Source: Camelus ferus (taxonomy: Eukaryota). From it: DNA of 64,000 nt. This document shows positions 50,786 to 63,670 of this stretch, in pieces (within the stretch, counting starts at the first letter, position 1; each line of letters begins with the position of its first letter). Both the position numbers and the translations under genes were made by a program. The notes under the pieces are model-generated. The model was not told the origin of the DNA and made no database searches. It saw nothing but the letters and a program-made list of their open reading frames with translations. The stretch covers positions 64,544,001-64,608,000 of the forward strand of contig NC_045707.1 of assembly GCF_009834535.1 (NCBI RefSeq), read 5' to 3'.

Positions 50786-53147
50786 AATCTAGCGAGAACC
50801 TGAACGCGCATCTGTAAAATGGACCTAATGTTATGGATCCCAAGGGGTTGCGGGAACGGTGCGATAAGATTACACCTATCTTATCGTGCTACACCTGTGG
50901 TGTCCTAAGTTGAACACTTAAGTCTAGGTTCCTTTCTCTCTTTACCACACCCCTGGCTTCTGTCTTTCCATGCCCCACAAGTAACTGCTTCCAACAACGT
51001 TTTCTTTTCGTGCATCAGAAGATCAGCTTCAGTGATCTCTCCTCCTCTTCTTACAATTGCCGTGTGAGTCTCCTGAACCCCCTTGTCGTCCATCCAGTAC
51101 TGTCCACCCCAACTGGATAGAGTCCACTCACTTCAATCAGACTCTGGGGCCACCCTTCAGCGAGGTGAGGGGTCCTACGTCAGAGGGTCAGGGACAGCAC
51201 CCACTGGCTGGGAGCTGCCCCTGCAGTGACCTTGATTTCTTCTGCCTGGTGCTTCTGTGAACAGGGGTCCCGTAGGGGCCCCACAAACCCCCCCAGGGAC
51301 TCCAATTCTTAACCATGTGCCCTGCTTTCATATTAGCCAGTGCCAGAACGCCACGAGTGCCAGACACATAGATCTAACAGACTCCAAGCTGGTGTCCAAC
51401 ACCAGCTCTGACCCAGCTTGGAACAACACCCTGGAAAAAGAAGGGCTTGGTTTGCTGGTTGTTGGGGCTGGTGTTCCTCTTTGATCTTCCCTGTCCACCC
51501 TCTCACTCCCACCTCCCCCGCCTGCTTTTGTAGCCTGACCTCCACCTTGGTTTCCACTTCCCAGTCACAGTCCTCTGTCAAGTCTCCCAAACCGTCCTCT
51601 AGCTTTAAAGAGAATCACAAGTATGTTTTTAAAACCGTTATCAAAATGCCTCCCCTATCGGCTTCTTCCTTCCTAAAGCAAATGGTCAGAAATTTCAGCC
51701 TTGGCCTCCCAGCACCACCAAGGTCTTCCCACCAGGCTTGTCTTTTTAGTCCTGATCGGATCTTCAAAACATCTCCAACTTCTCTGCCTAGAGGTTCCCC
51801 ACCCCCTATACTTTGAATTTGCATTACTGCCAAAATGTGTCTCGATATCACTCTGACTGCTTTATTATTCAGGATGCCTTCTACCTAGATTTCTCCTGAG
51901 CAGCTGCTTCTGTGTTTTGGAAGCAAATCATCTCCTTGAAACTTTCCTTGAAAAGTCCTTCCTTTGCCTTCCTTCCTTTGCAGGATTAATATAGATTTTC
52001 TTTTTCTCGCCTCTTCCTTCTGCTGTGCGTTTCCCTAGTTATTACGAAAAGCAAAATGGAAAACCTTCCTCTGTTCCTTTACCCCACCCAGCTTCTTTTC
52101 ATCCATACTTTTTGCTTCTTGCTTCAGTTTTTCGTCTTTCTCCTGTCATATTTTGTTTTTAAAATTCCAGTGCGTAGGTGACTGCTGCCGCTGACCATGA
52201 CCCTAACTCATGCCAGTAAAGGGAAAACTGGCCTCAGAAAATCCCAGTGTCCCCAGCCCTCGTCTCTGTGCCAATCCTTGCCTTCAATTTTGGATCTGTC
52301 TTTAGATGTTACAAAATGCGCTGTTGGACACCAGAGATTTATTTAATCAGGGCCGCCCCACCGTGGTCTTCAAAGCACGTGTCTCCTTTAACTCCCAAAA
52401 TGGACCCAAGAGTAAGAAGAGAGGTATTCCTTGGCCTCATTTAAAAAAAATAATAGTAATAAGGAAACAAAGAATTCAAGTCAATCGCCCAACATCAGCC
52501 AGCTAAGAAACTGGCAAAGTAGACCTCTTCGGAATCCAGGACTTCTGTTTTTAAACTCGAAGGTACGAATGTCATTGATAAAAGTAAACAGGCTTTTTTA
52601 TATCTTTATTCAAAATTGCTAGACAAAAACATATCTCTCTGATAATTCTTTGCCAGTTAAAAAATGCAATGACACCATAATTTTTAAAGCAATGTTTAGT
52701 ATGAATGAGGGCTATCTTGTAAATTGAGTGAGTGATATTGTCAGTGGTCGCTTTAAGAATGTCATTCGAGGGACGGAGGAAAGTTGCCTCATCCCACAAT
52801 GTCTGTCTACGGAGGATATCTGAAATACTACTTTAGAGAGTCAATCTTTGGTTAAAAGAATCATTCCTTTTTGAAGTTCCCTGACCTAGACTTGGGAGGT
52901 GAGGATGACATCTTGGCTATTAACACTGTAATCTCAACAAGGTGATCGATCCTTTTCTAGCTCAAGTATGCTAGCTACAGAGAGCGTAACTCTGCACATT
53001 AGGAAGACATTCAGAGCTGAGGTTTTGATGAAGGGGACTTGAAGAGAGGGCTCCAGGTGAGGGGCACGCCTGAGGCCCTGCCATGGAGGAGTCCGGGGGA
53101 CAGCGCTGGGCACTGAAGGGCATGGAGAGGGAACGGAAGAGCCTCAG

Positions 53148-53690
53148 CAGATCAGCTACCTAACTTGCAGGGCCCAGTGCAAAAGGAGAATGTAGACCCC
53201 CTTTTTAAAAAATTAACTCTTGCAAAGAGAATAATACCATATGATATCACTCCAATGTGGAATCTTTAAAAAAAAATGAAAAGACACTATGAACTCATCT
53301 ACAAAACAGAAACAGACTCACAGACATAGTAAACAATCTTACGGTTACTGGGGAAAGGGGGTGGGAAGGGATAAATTTGGGAGTTTGAGATTTACAAAAG
53401 TTAGCTACTATATATAAAAATAGATTTTAAAAAAGAATTTTCTTCTGTATAGCACAAGGAACAATAGCTTGGATAACCTTTAATAAAAAAAATATGAAAA
53501 CGGATATATGTACGTATATGCATGACTGGGACATTGTGCTGTACACCAGAAATTGACACATTGTAACTGACTATACTTCAATTAAAAAAAAAAAATAACT
53601 CTTTCAAGACAGTGACAGCAGAACATTAACCCAAGTACAGGGTCCTTCTCAGCACAGGGGGAGGGGGCTGTTGTGACTGAGCTGACCCTG
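53148..53690 (-). mobile_element. MER45A-like hAT-Tip100 element split by a young L1
   Basis: Two halves, 'gctacctaacttgcagggcccagtgcaaaa' and 'ttcaagacagtgacagcagaacattaacccaag...gaccctg', join across the insertion. Confidence 0.75.
53222..53595 (+). mobile_element. Young lineage-type L1 3' end with polyA and TSD
   Basis: 'gaactcatctacaaaacagaaacagactcacagacatag...gctgtacaccagaaattgacacattgtaactgactatacttcaatt' plus A-run; TSD core taactctt at 53214-53221 and 53596-53603. Confidence 0.9.
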
Positions 53691-56600
53691 TGGGGAGGTG
53701 TTTTAGGATGGGCATTTGTAGATGGGCCTGACTCCTGTGTCCTGTGAAACAGGTACTGAGATCTCTGCTCAGAAAAATGTTCCTGAATCATGCATACGTT
53801 CATTCATTCATTCAACAAACATTTACTAAACACCTACTACTAAACGTGCACCAGGCCCCTGGGTCTGGCGGGATTCCTTTACAGACTTTTCCAGGTTATG
53901 TTTCTCAGGCCACAATTTAATGATTAATTAAACTATGAGAGCCTGTTGGGTGTCAGACTCTCTTAGACTGGACCCAGGCATTCAATCAATCAATCAATCA
54001 ATGCTTCTCAATTAAGTTGGAGAAAAAGCTATATGCTATATTTTCTTAGAACCCGTCTTCACTTGAGTGGTCCACCTCCACTAGGTATTAAAGCAAGAAA
54101 GATCTGAAGGCTCCCCCAGCGTGGAGGTCCATTTCACTCCCTTTAAGCCCTCTTTCACATTTATTTAACCACATAAAACGTTTCATAAAAACTGTCTAAA
54201 TGGGAGGGAAAGAAGTTGTAAATCAATACATATGAACTGGTCCTTTCAAGAAGTTTGGTGGTGAAGAGAAGACATAGGCGTTTGAGCCTGGGTGGAGACC
54301 ATTAAAAGGGGGAAAGGAAAGGGTGGGACTGACTGGATTGGAAGCATCCAACTGAAAACAGTGAGGGCGACAGAAGACAGAGCCGATGTATCAGAGAGCT
54401 GATTATTTGTACTCTGCAGAGTCCAGGCTCCACAAGATTTTTCCTATCCTTTCATATCCTCTTTAACAGTGGCCTCTACCCACTAGGGATCCAAAGGTGC
54501 ACACTGCATCTTTCTTAGAAAGAAAGAGAAAGAGAGAAAGGAAAGAGAAAAAAATTACAACGCCTGATCATTTTTATTCAACATAACAAAAAACAGGCAG
54601 TTGGTACTCAGATCACAGGTCTGCATTTTAGCACTAAATTCAGTTGGTCTGGTTTAGAGATGACTGTGTTACGCTGAGTGGATATTTCCAGCGTAACAAC
54701 CACGACAAAGCCATTTGTTGTGGATTCCTCATTCCCTGGCAAGACATTATTTTTATTGGCTTTAGGGCAACTTCTATTAATAGATGCTACAGTTCTCACT
54801 GCAGATTCATGAGTCTGTAATTCTCCTATTAATAATACTTCTGAGCATATTTTGAACTAAAGTAGGATTTCTTTTGTTTCCAAGGAGGAGTTCAGATTCA
54901 GTATGAGACACCCACAGGTGTTTTATTTAGAAGTATGGTCGTAGGTCATTCCTTCACTGCCATGGTATTCATTTTGCATTAAAAGACGGAGTCAGTAGCA
55001 GCAACTGGACGGGGCACTGGCTGGTGGGACTGGTCAGCAGGCAACCACTAGAGAATGAGATGCCAAATTGCTGGAGCAGTTGTCAAGGAGTTTGGTGCTC
55101 ATCCTGGCTCTGCCCCTAATTTCTTGTGTGGCCACTTGTCACTCCAGGCTTCTCTATCTACATATGTAGAAAGAGAAATGATGAGTATCAATGGTCCCCA
55201 ACCTGTTCTGGTCTGAGGACCCCTTCTTAAGAGTAAAATATTTCATGGACCTCAATCTGATAATTGTATTTTGAATCCCATAAGGCTTTTAAACTAGTCC
55301 TGCTTTATTATTTAGAAAGCCCCTCCCTATCTTGTTTTAATCTTCCAATCTTAAAAATCACTAAATTGTTGTGAATATAGTACCACCTAATTAAGAATTC
55401 CAGTTGCTATTATAGTTGAACCAACCAGCCTTCACTACAGTTAGAGCCGGCTACAAGAGATTCATTTAGGCTTGAGTACACCACGTGTCCATGGCGTGAG
55501 AGAGGGATGAAGGTCATTTACACAAGGAGTGTGAGAGATGCTCCTGTCTCTTTAAAAATAATAAAAATAATCCGTAGCAATGAAATGGCCCAGGGTACTG
55601 AGACTGCCTCACATGCATTTGGAGAATGACTGAGGAGCAATATGTGACCATCAGAAGCCACCTAGGCAGGGAGAAAAGGAATGTGTTCCGTTGTAGGTTG
55701 ACCTCAGGCAGCTTTTTCCTCCTTGTATTTCTTCTGATCCTACTTGGCACCTCTGGACCCTGGAAGAACTTGAAAACCATTTGGAAAGTGAAACACATAA
55801 AATAATTTGTGATCCCAAAGCCTTTTTTTCCCCCTCTTCTTTCCCTCCCGCCCCCCCCCCCTTTTTTTTCCTTCCCCAGAAACAGGAAACAAACTGTCCA
55901 ATCTTCCCTTTTGAGAGTCAGTGGCGAAATCTTCAGTTGGCTTCACACATCCTTACCTTGGAGGCCTTAAATTGGAGTAACGTCCAAAGACCTTGTTCGT
56001 GGCTTCCCAGACAGGATAGGAAAATGCTTCCAGTGTGTGTCATATCATTGTTTAAATGTTTTGATTAATCACTTTAGTTTGATGGTTTTTGAACTATAGA
56101 AACCTAAGAGGACTAATATATGTGCCATCAGTTTCCCAGGGTAGCGTGCGTCCCCAGAATATTCTTTGTTTCCAAAACTTGCTTAAAATAATTCCAAAGC
56201 TAAAATTTCCACCTGTTGCTATAATTTTTATCAACCCCATGCTTACATTTATCCATACCCTTCTGTGTTCCCAGCTAATCACAGGGATCCCCTTAACTTC
56301 AGAGATCTCCTTTGAAGATCAGGAATTGAGCACTTTGGTTTACTTATTGTAAGAACACTTGAAGATAAAGCCTAGAAACTGATATAGATTTACATGACAT
56401 CACAGTTCCCGAGACCCCAACAAGACATCCTCTTGTAAAACAGATGATGCCGACTGAATCTTCCGAGTGGTTGCCAGGACAACCTTTCCCTTCTCAGCTT
56501 GCAGTCAATTGAGTGTTAACTTGTGTGTTCAGAAGAAAATTGGCTACTTTCAGGGGGGGAAGAAAATGGAACTCGAGAGCTGCTAGGACAATGAATTACC

Positions 56601-59600
56601 ATTGAATTATCATTTGACTTGTGTTGGCTTTGATGTTCTACAAATACCTTGTAGAGAAAATGTCTGTATTCAGAATACCTGGTCAGAATCAGTCCAGATG
56701 TTTACGTCTGCGTTCTCCCTCCTTGAAATGACATGCGTATAAAGAGGTGAGGACAACGTCTGTCCTAGACACCCCGAGTTCGGCAGCAGATGTCAGCCGT
56801 GTTTGACTCACGCCCAAGTTATCGGAGCTTTGCCCAAGAGGAACATTAACGTCCACGTCTTTTGTTCTAAATTTACTGTACCAAACTTTACCAAAAGAAT
56901 TCCAGATTCAAAAATAATAAAAAGCCAAGGAGCGTAGGTTCCATTGTTAGCCCAGAAGTGAGTCACCGCTGCAGAATTTCTTCTGTCTACTGATTAGACC
57001 GGATACGCGCTGGGCGGTGCAGCAGGAAAGGCTTGTTGCTCTTTGTATGTGTGAGTTAATAGTCACAAAAGGTCACAATTTTAACATGTTAAAAACCAAA
57101 TCTCTCTCCTGGGCATCTGGAGGGTTTGTTTGTTTTTTTTTCAACACACTCTCCCAGTAGCAAAGGGGAAAAAACTGTTTTTTTCCCCTCCTAACCTGCG
57201 TTTACCCTCCGCTGACACAGCTACGTGCCTCTCTGCATGGAGAGGGAGATGACAGTGCTTTTTGTGTTTGGCGTGGCTAAGGGCAGGATATCTGAATCCA
57301 TTCTGGCCTGGCCAAACGCACTGTTCATACTCCGTGGCCACAAAGAAATCAGAGTCTTGCAGCCAACACCATTTTTGCGGTGTGAGAAGTGACTTTCTTC
57401 CCAAGCATGAAATGGGGCATAATTAAGATGCATAAATAATTTAGCATCCAAACGAAGGCACTTCTAAGAGTGAAAGGGGGCCTTATTAATAATAACACCA
57501 GGGCAACAGGAGTAAACCAGGACTGTCCCAAGCAAACCAGATGCATGATCACCCGAAGGCATCGTGTTAACTAATCATTTACCAAAAGAGGAAGAAACAG
57601 ATTTCACAGCATTTAGTTAGTACTCACTGAGTGGCAGTGCTCACTGTGCTAATAAGCATTTCGTGGATTATCTCATTTAGACCTGGCAAAACTTGAAACT
57701 TTATTTGGTAAATACTATCTGCTTCTCAGGCACCACTGTAGGACCCCGGGCTCCTGGGAATCCTGTGAATAGTCTTTGGCTAGACGCTGATACGCCCTGA
57801 GCCATCTAGTCCTCACAGTCTTGTGAGGTTTGTCATTCATGCCACTTTATAAGGGAGGAAAACCCAGCTGGGAAGGACTCAGTCCTTTGTTCAGAGTGCT
57901 GCAGCTATTAGGTTCAAAAGCAAGGATTCAAACTTGACTTCAAGCCCACTTCCTACTACATCATCTGCCTCCGCTGTAGGTGACTTTCAGACTGGCCAAT
58001 ATTTAGAAACGTATTTGGGTCTTTCCACCCAGGCTTGCTGTACCTGGGCAGTAAGACAGAGTAGTTCTCTGCCCCGTGAGCTGTTAGTTCTCCAAGACCC
58101 TCAGAGGACTCATTCCAGAACCTTCCAACCAGTCCTCTTTGACCAGATAGCACCAAAGAGTAACCATAACAATAAACATAGCTAACAATGTTGTATCTGC
58201 ATGTGCTTGGCTATGGGCTAAACATTTTAAATGGATCGCCCTAATTATTTCTCCCAGCAGTGTTATGGGGTAGACACTCTTATTTTATTACCACATCATT
58301 TTGCAGATGAGAAAACTGAGCACTACAAAAATTTTGTAGTAAGGGTAAAGCAACTGATAAGTGGTGGAGACAGGGTGGTGTTGGTGTCTTTTTACCTCTT
58401 AACACATGTTGGTCCCTAACTGGTAATGAACCTGACACCCTGGCGTTCCAAGTCTGTTCAAACTGACAGTGACTCTCATAGCTAACTGAGTTCCTTTGCC
58501 CTGTTTTTACATGACCTTATTCTTTTTTGATCATCTAATTCCTACTTGGCTGGAGGTATTGTGGCTTAATGCGTTACATCCCTTGGGAAAAGATTTGTAT
58601 CCAAAGAGGATTCTCCAAGGCAGGATCATGCTTTAAAACAATACACTAGGTAGCAGTGGTGATGTCCACATGCTGCCTAACTGATGACAGCCTTACTCCA
58701 CTGAAGCGTCAACGTGATCGCCCTGGAAATCCTTAAAGTCTTAACCTTGGTTGAGTTTAAGCTATGATCTGTTGGAGGTCAAGGATTGTTTAGTGCCTGC
58801 TCTTTACAAGGAAGTTGAAGGATGCCGTTTAAAGTAATAAAAAGAGCGTCCATACTTCTGACCTTCGAAGACCAGCTTGCATTAGGAACATGACGTCAGT
58901 GATACAGATCCAGACCTCCGCAGGTCCGTCGAGCCCTGTCTGTCCTGAAAGGTACCAGCAGTCCAAGTCAGAGCTCTCCCGAAGGCTGAAGTAGCACAGG
59001 GCTCTCTTGAGGGTTCCATTATTAATCTAACATTGTTCATTTATTCTATAAATGTATTTTGTACATAGGCACTGTATTAGCTTCTTGAGTATTTTTTACT
59101 ACGACCAGCCTGTAGAAAGACTGTGTGTCCTGTAACAGAGTAAAATCTGCAGGGTAATCCTAGAATTTAAGTTCTTAGAAAGATTAGCAGAGAATTCTAC
59201 ATACCAATATATGCAATTGGACATTTATTAAATATTTTAAAAGGTGATAGTAATGAGTTCCTGAATTTGAGCCAGCCTCCAGTTAATGCATTCTGGGATT
59301 CTCTTTGCTTTCTTTTAGCCTGAAGTTTCTTTGTTTTCATATAACGTGAGACCAGCATAGCCTGGGTAACCTACTTGACAGTTACTTACTTGGGACTATT
59401 AAGTGCTTTTCACTTTTGCAAATATGAGAAGACTATGATATCACGCCTGCTCTTAAAGGGCCTACCACCTAGTTAGAAATAGTTTTGGAATGAGTTGGAC
59501 GGTACATCACATGATATCAAACCACTTATAGTAAAGACCCGCTTTAGCCCTGTCTTTCTTCTGTTCCTTTATGAATGACAGATAAAAAGACACAAGGCAT

Positions 59601-61623
59601 GCTTATTGGATATCTGGAGGACGCACATTGGGGAGTGAGAAATAGAAGGCTAATATGCTGAATGATAGAAATAATGATGTCAGAAATAATGATGAAATCA
59701 ACAGGTTGAAGTAGGAATAAACAGAAAACTCTGTATTTAGTTTGAAAAACTCAATACCAAAAGCACAGGATGGGAGGGAACTGTAATTTTCACATTCCAA
59801 AAATATCCCACGGACTTCTTCATTAGCACAAACCTTCACTCCATAGCCTAAAATACTTGCTGAGCACCAGGCACGAGGTAAGGTACTGTGGGATCTTTCC
59901 CCCCAGTGCACCTTCAGATGCAAACTCGTTGGCCTATTTCATGCAGCTCAAGGGAGAAATATTCCCACTGACCAGATCTCATCGGTTGTAGACACAACAC
60001 TCTAAGAAGGTCGTGTTTGATAAAACAGCCTGTGGAAGGCGGGAGACTAGATTGCTGAGTGACAGGGAAACCAGGCTGTATAGAAATATTGAGTGGCCAC
60101 AGGATGTTTAGTCTAGAGAAGAAAAGATTATGGTGCTTTGATGATTGTTTTCCAGCTTTTAGAGAGCTATCGTGTGCCTACAGGAGGAACCTTAAGACTT
60201 TTTGGGGTTATTTCAGTTTGACCAATGGGGTGAAAGATAGAGAGGGTCAGATGCATTCGATGTCTTCAAAAGTCTTCCTGCCAGCTTTGGCAAAGTCTCC
60301 CACTGAAGGTACCTCACCCATGAACATTCCAGACGAAACTAGCTGACCATCTGCCACGTAGACTGCTCCCTCCTGGAAAGGCAACATTTTGTTGGCAGCT
60401 GGAATGATCTCTGAGGATCCCTCTGACGCCAGTTCCTTCCTTTTCATTTTTCAGAACAAGTGGGAAGTAACATAACTTTTCATATACCGTCCTTAAGCCT
60501 TGAGATCCACAAGAACTTTGCTAGCCTACAACTAACGCCTTCATTTCCCCATCTTCCCCACCTTCGCCAGCAGAAACAATTATTGACGTAGTTAACAGAA
60601 TGTCATAGTTCGTATTCTCCAAGCATTAAAATACACTGCTGACCCATGTGGGGTAAAATGGTAATTAAACCCTAGACCAAGCCTTCATTTGTCCACCAGT
60701 TGGACATAGAAATGTTCGTGCTTACCGGAATATACAAGAAGAGGAAAATTTTGCCTCCAAGAGAGGTCAGTGGTCCAGAGCCCACGAGATGGAACACGTA
60801 TAAGGCTCCGCAGATGGTCAGCTCAAGGAGCGGGACTGGTGAGCTGTGTGGATGCCAGAGGCAGGGAGGAACCTCTCAGCTCCCTGGAACTGCCTTAGCA
60901 TTAACATGGCTGTGTTCCCAAGCTTCACAGTCAAAGCCAGCATCTTCCGGACACCTGTTGTTTTCAGGTGTGCCCAGATGTCATCATCCAGCTAAGAAGA
61001 GGAAATGTTAACACGTCCTCAGCTGGCTGTTCCTCTAGTCGACTTACGATCCAGAAACAACTTATGTGCAGTTCTAGGGAAAAGGACCAATGAAATGTTT
61101 CTGTCAATAAGTTGCAGTCACCCAAAACCGTGTATTTACCTCTTTATTTCTTGCCAGGTGCATCATTTTGGCATCATGTCGATCTGCCGAGTGTAATTTA
61201 GAAGGATGAAGTGCTACAAACTTAACATCGCTGTTTAGAAGGGTGAACTCTTACTGCTTTAATATCTTGCAAGCTTGTATCTACGGAGATGAACAAGTAA
61301 ACATAGATTCAAGCCCAGTTTTAGTTATTACCATGAATTAGCAATCACATTACAGTGAGGCCCTATATCTCAGTGTTTTAAGCTGAAGTGCTCAAATGGC
61401 CTAAAAATAATTGTTGTGAATGGTAGCAACAGCCACTAGGAAGAATTAGTTAAAACATAAGTTCAACATTGGTTGTAAGATTGCAGAGTTACGGAAACTT
61501 TCCAAGACTTCAAATAGTTACTAACAGCGATGCGGTTATTCAGTGAGCGGTAACATTTATCCTAGCTTTGCAAAGTAAAAGAACAAAACGTGAGATAGCT
61601 ATTTTATATATAAAAGTATAACG

Positions 61624-61692
<69 letters not shown>
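61624..61692. repeat. Perfect (ATT)23 microsatellite
   Basis: Uninterrupted 69-nt trinucleotide run. Confidence 0.97.
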
Positions 61693-62039
61693 TCTCATGA
61701 AGTTGGCCACCTTCTACTAATCCACAATAAGAGGTACCCTGAATAACTAGTGATGATAATTATAATTACAAAGGAGAAAAGGCAAGAACCAGTTCCCTTT
61801 TTCCCAAGTAATTTAAGGGCCCACCTGCTATTGTGTTTAGATCCCCAGCATGCCGCACCCAAAGGCTAATGTTGTTTCCACATAACATACTCAAATAGAT
61901 CACTCCAAGGTAGTTCTTTTTACTTGCAGAAAGAGCAACGTTTCGCAGTTGAGTTTTGTTTGGTAGATCCGCTTCAACGTTAACGCAAGTGCGTAAATCA
62001 GGATGATATAAGATGAATGATAAGGCATCAGAGAAGTGA

Positions 62040-62260
62040 TACTAACACTCCAGACATGTGAATTTATGTAACCCTTACAACAGTCCTACAAAATAGGTGC
62101 TGTTATTCTCCCACTTTAACAGATGAGAAAACTGAGGCACAAGGGATTTTAAGGAACTTGCCCAAGGTCACCCAGCTAAGAACTGGCATCCCAGGGATCT
62201 GAACTTGGGCAGCCTGGCTAGTTCCAAAGTCCAAGACTTAACCATGAGGCTGTACTGCCT
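62040..62260. mobile_element. MIR SINE
   Basis: 'cagatgagaaaactgaggcac...aacttgcccaaggtcacccagcta...ttccaaagtcca'. Confidence 0.85.
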
Positions 62261-62512
62261 CCCCAGTCATGGTACGTTGATAAAATTAATCAAATGCCTA
62301 GCGTATACCCGGCCTTGTGTTAATCCTTTCATTACGTTAGCCGATTGAGTTCACCTGTTGGGTCGTTTGGACGTAGGTAGGAGGGGTAACAAAAGGATCA
62401 CCAGGTCAGCTGTTGTGCCTTTGGCAAAACACCTGCGCTTGGGCGAGGTCTCTGTGCTACTTAGGAATGCAGGACGTTAACAATAAGCTATTGCATCATC
62501 TCTCCCTTGCAG

Positions 62513-62606
62513 GGGTGGAATGGTCCAAACCAGTGAGCAGTATGAATTTGTGCATCATGCCCTGTGCCTGTACGAAAGCAGACTTTCAGCAGAAACGGTC
62601 CAGTGA
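62513..62606 (+). CDS. PTPRR: PTPRR last coding exon (about exon 14): Q-loop and stop
   Basis: tgcag|G GGT GGA ATG... encodes (R)GGMVQTSEQYEFVHHALCLYESRLSAETVQ; TGA at 62604-62606. Confidence 0.97.
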
Positions 62607-63566
62607 TTCTCTGAAGACTTACCAGACCGTCGATCTCTAGGGGTGATTAATTGATTACCCACCTGAGGCTTCTGGAGGGAGCTTCCTGCAATGGAAGGAA
62701 AGAGACGCCGGGACGTCATTTGGGGCATGGATTGTGGAAGGTGGCAACGCATTAAAGATTGCCAGCCTCTTGTGTATAGGAATGCATTTGTAAGCATCCC
62801 CTAAGTTGTTCTGAAGGTCCTGTGCTGATGGAGGTATGACACAGCGAAGGAGGATTTTGTTTTGTCTGTATTGACTATCTGCTTCACAGAATATATATAT
62901 GAAATAGTGATATATGTCATCAGATGATGACGGGAAGAGCTGCTGAAGAAATTATTATTGTGTGTTTAGATGCTTTAATGTTTGCAAAATCTGTCTTGTG
63001 AATGGACTGTCAGCTGTTAAACTGTTCCTGTTTTAAGTGCTAATTCCTTTCTCAGTTACCAGAATCTTGCCGCTAAAGTTGCAAGTGATTGATAATGGAT
63101 TTTTTTAAAAATAAGTCCTTGTTTTTGGAAAAAAAAAATCAAAAGCAGTAACTATTTTATATGGAAATGTGTCTTGAAAATATTACCTAGCAAATGTGTA
63201 TTTATCAGTACCTCCTATCAATCAATTACAGAGCACAATGGTTGTCATTGGGTATAAATGTATTTACTCTACTATAGAGGTGATTTCTGCTCCAGGACTC
63301 TATCCACTGAATTTCTACATTGTGAATCACTTTACTTTCAAAGGGAAAAACAAATTTGTAGCAAATGATGTATTAAGAATTTTAAATACTCGTCTCTCTT
63401 TTACTAAGAAAGACTTTTTGAATATGCTGTCTATCTGGAATCTCTCTCCCAGTAAAAGGCAGATGCCTTTGGGAAGAGTGTAACCTCTCCCATTTCCAGA
63501 GGTTCTTCAAAAGGATGCTGCCATGGATATCCTTAAATTCCTAAAGGATTTAATCCTCAAGAGACA

Positions 63567-63572
63567 AATAAA
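63567..63572 (+). terminator. Proximal candidate polyadenylation signal
   Basis: AATAAA followed by a genomic A-run, without a strong downstream U/GU element. Confidence 0.4.
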
Positions 63573-63664
63573 GTTAAAAAAAAAAACTACATTCAGCAAA
63601 CACTAGATGTTCTGCTCAGATACACATTTTTAATGCAGCTATGTTGACTTTGTTTCCTACTGCC

Positions 63665-63670
63665 AATAAA
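63665..63670 (+). terminator. Likely main PTPRR polyadenylation signal
   Basis: AATAAA with a CA about 18 nt downstream, then a U-rich element 'tttttttttttcctgtttgg' at about 63706-63724. Confidence 0.75.

Noticed and set aside
62604..62612. Stop-codon readthrough
   Set aside because: The context is TGA-TTC, not the TGA-CTAG readthrough motif.
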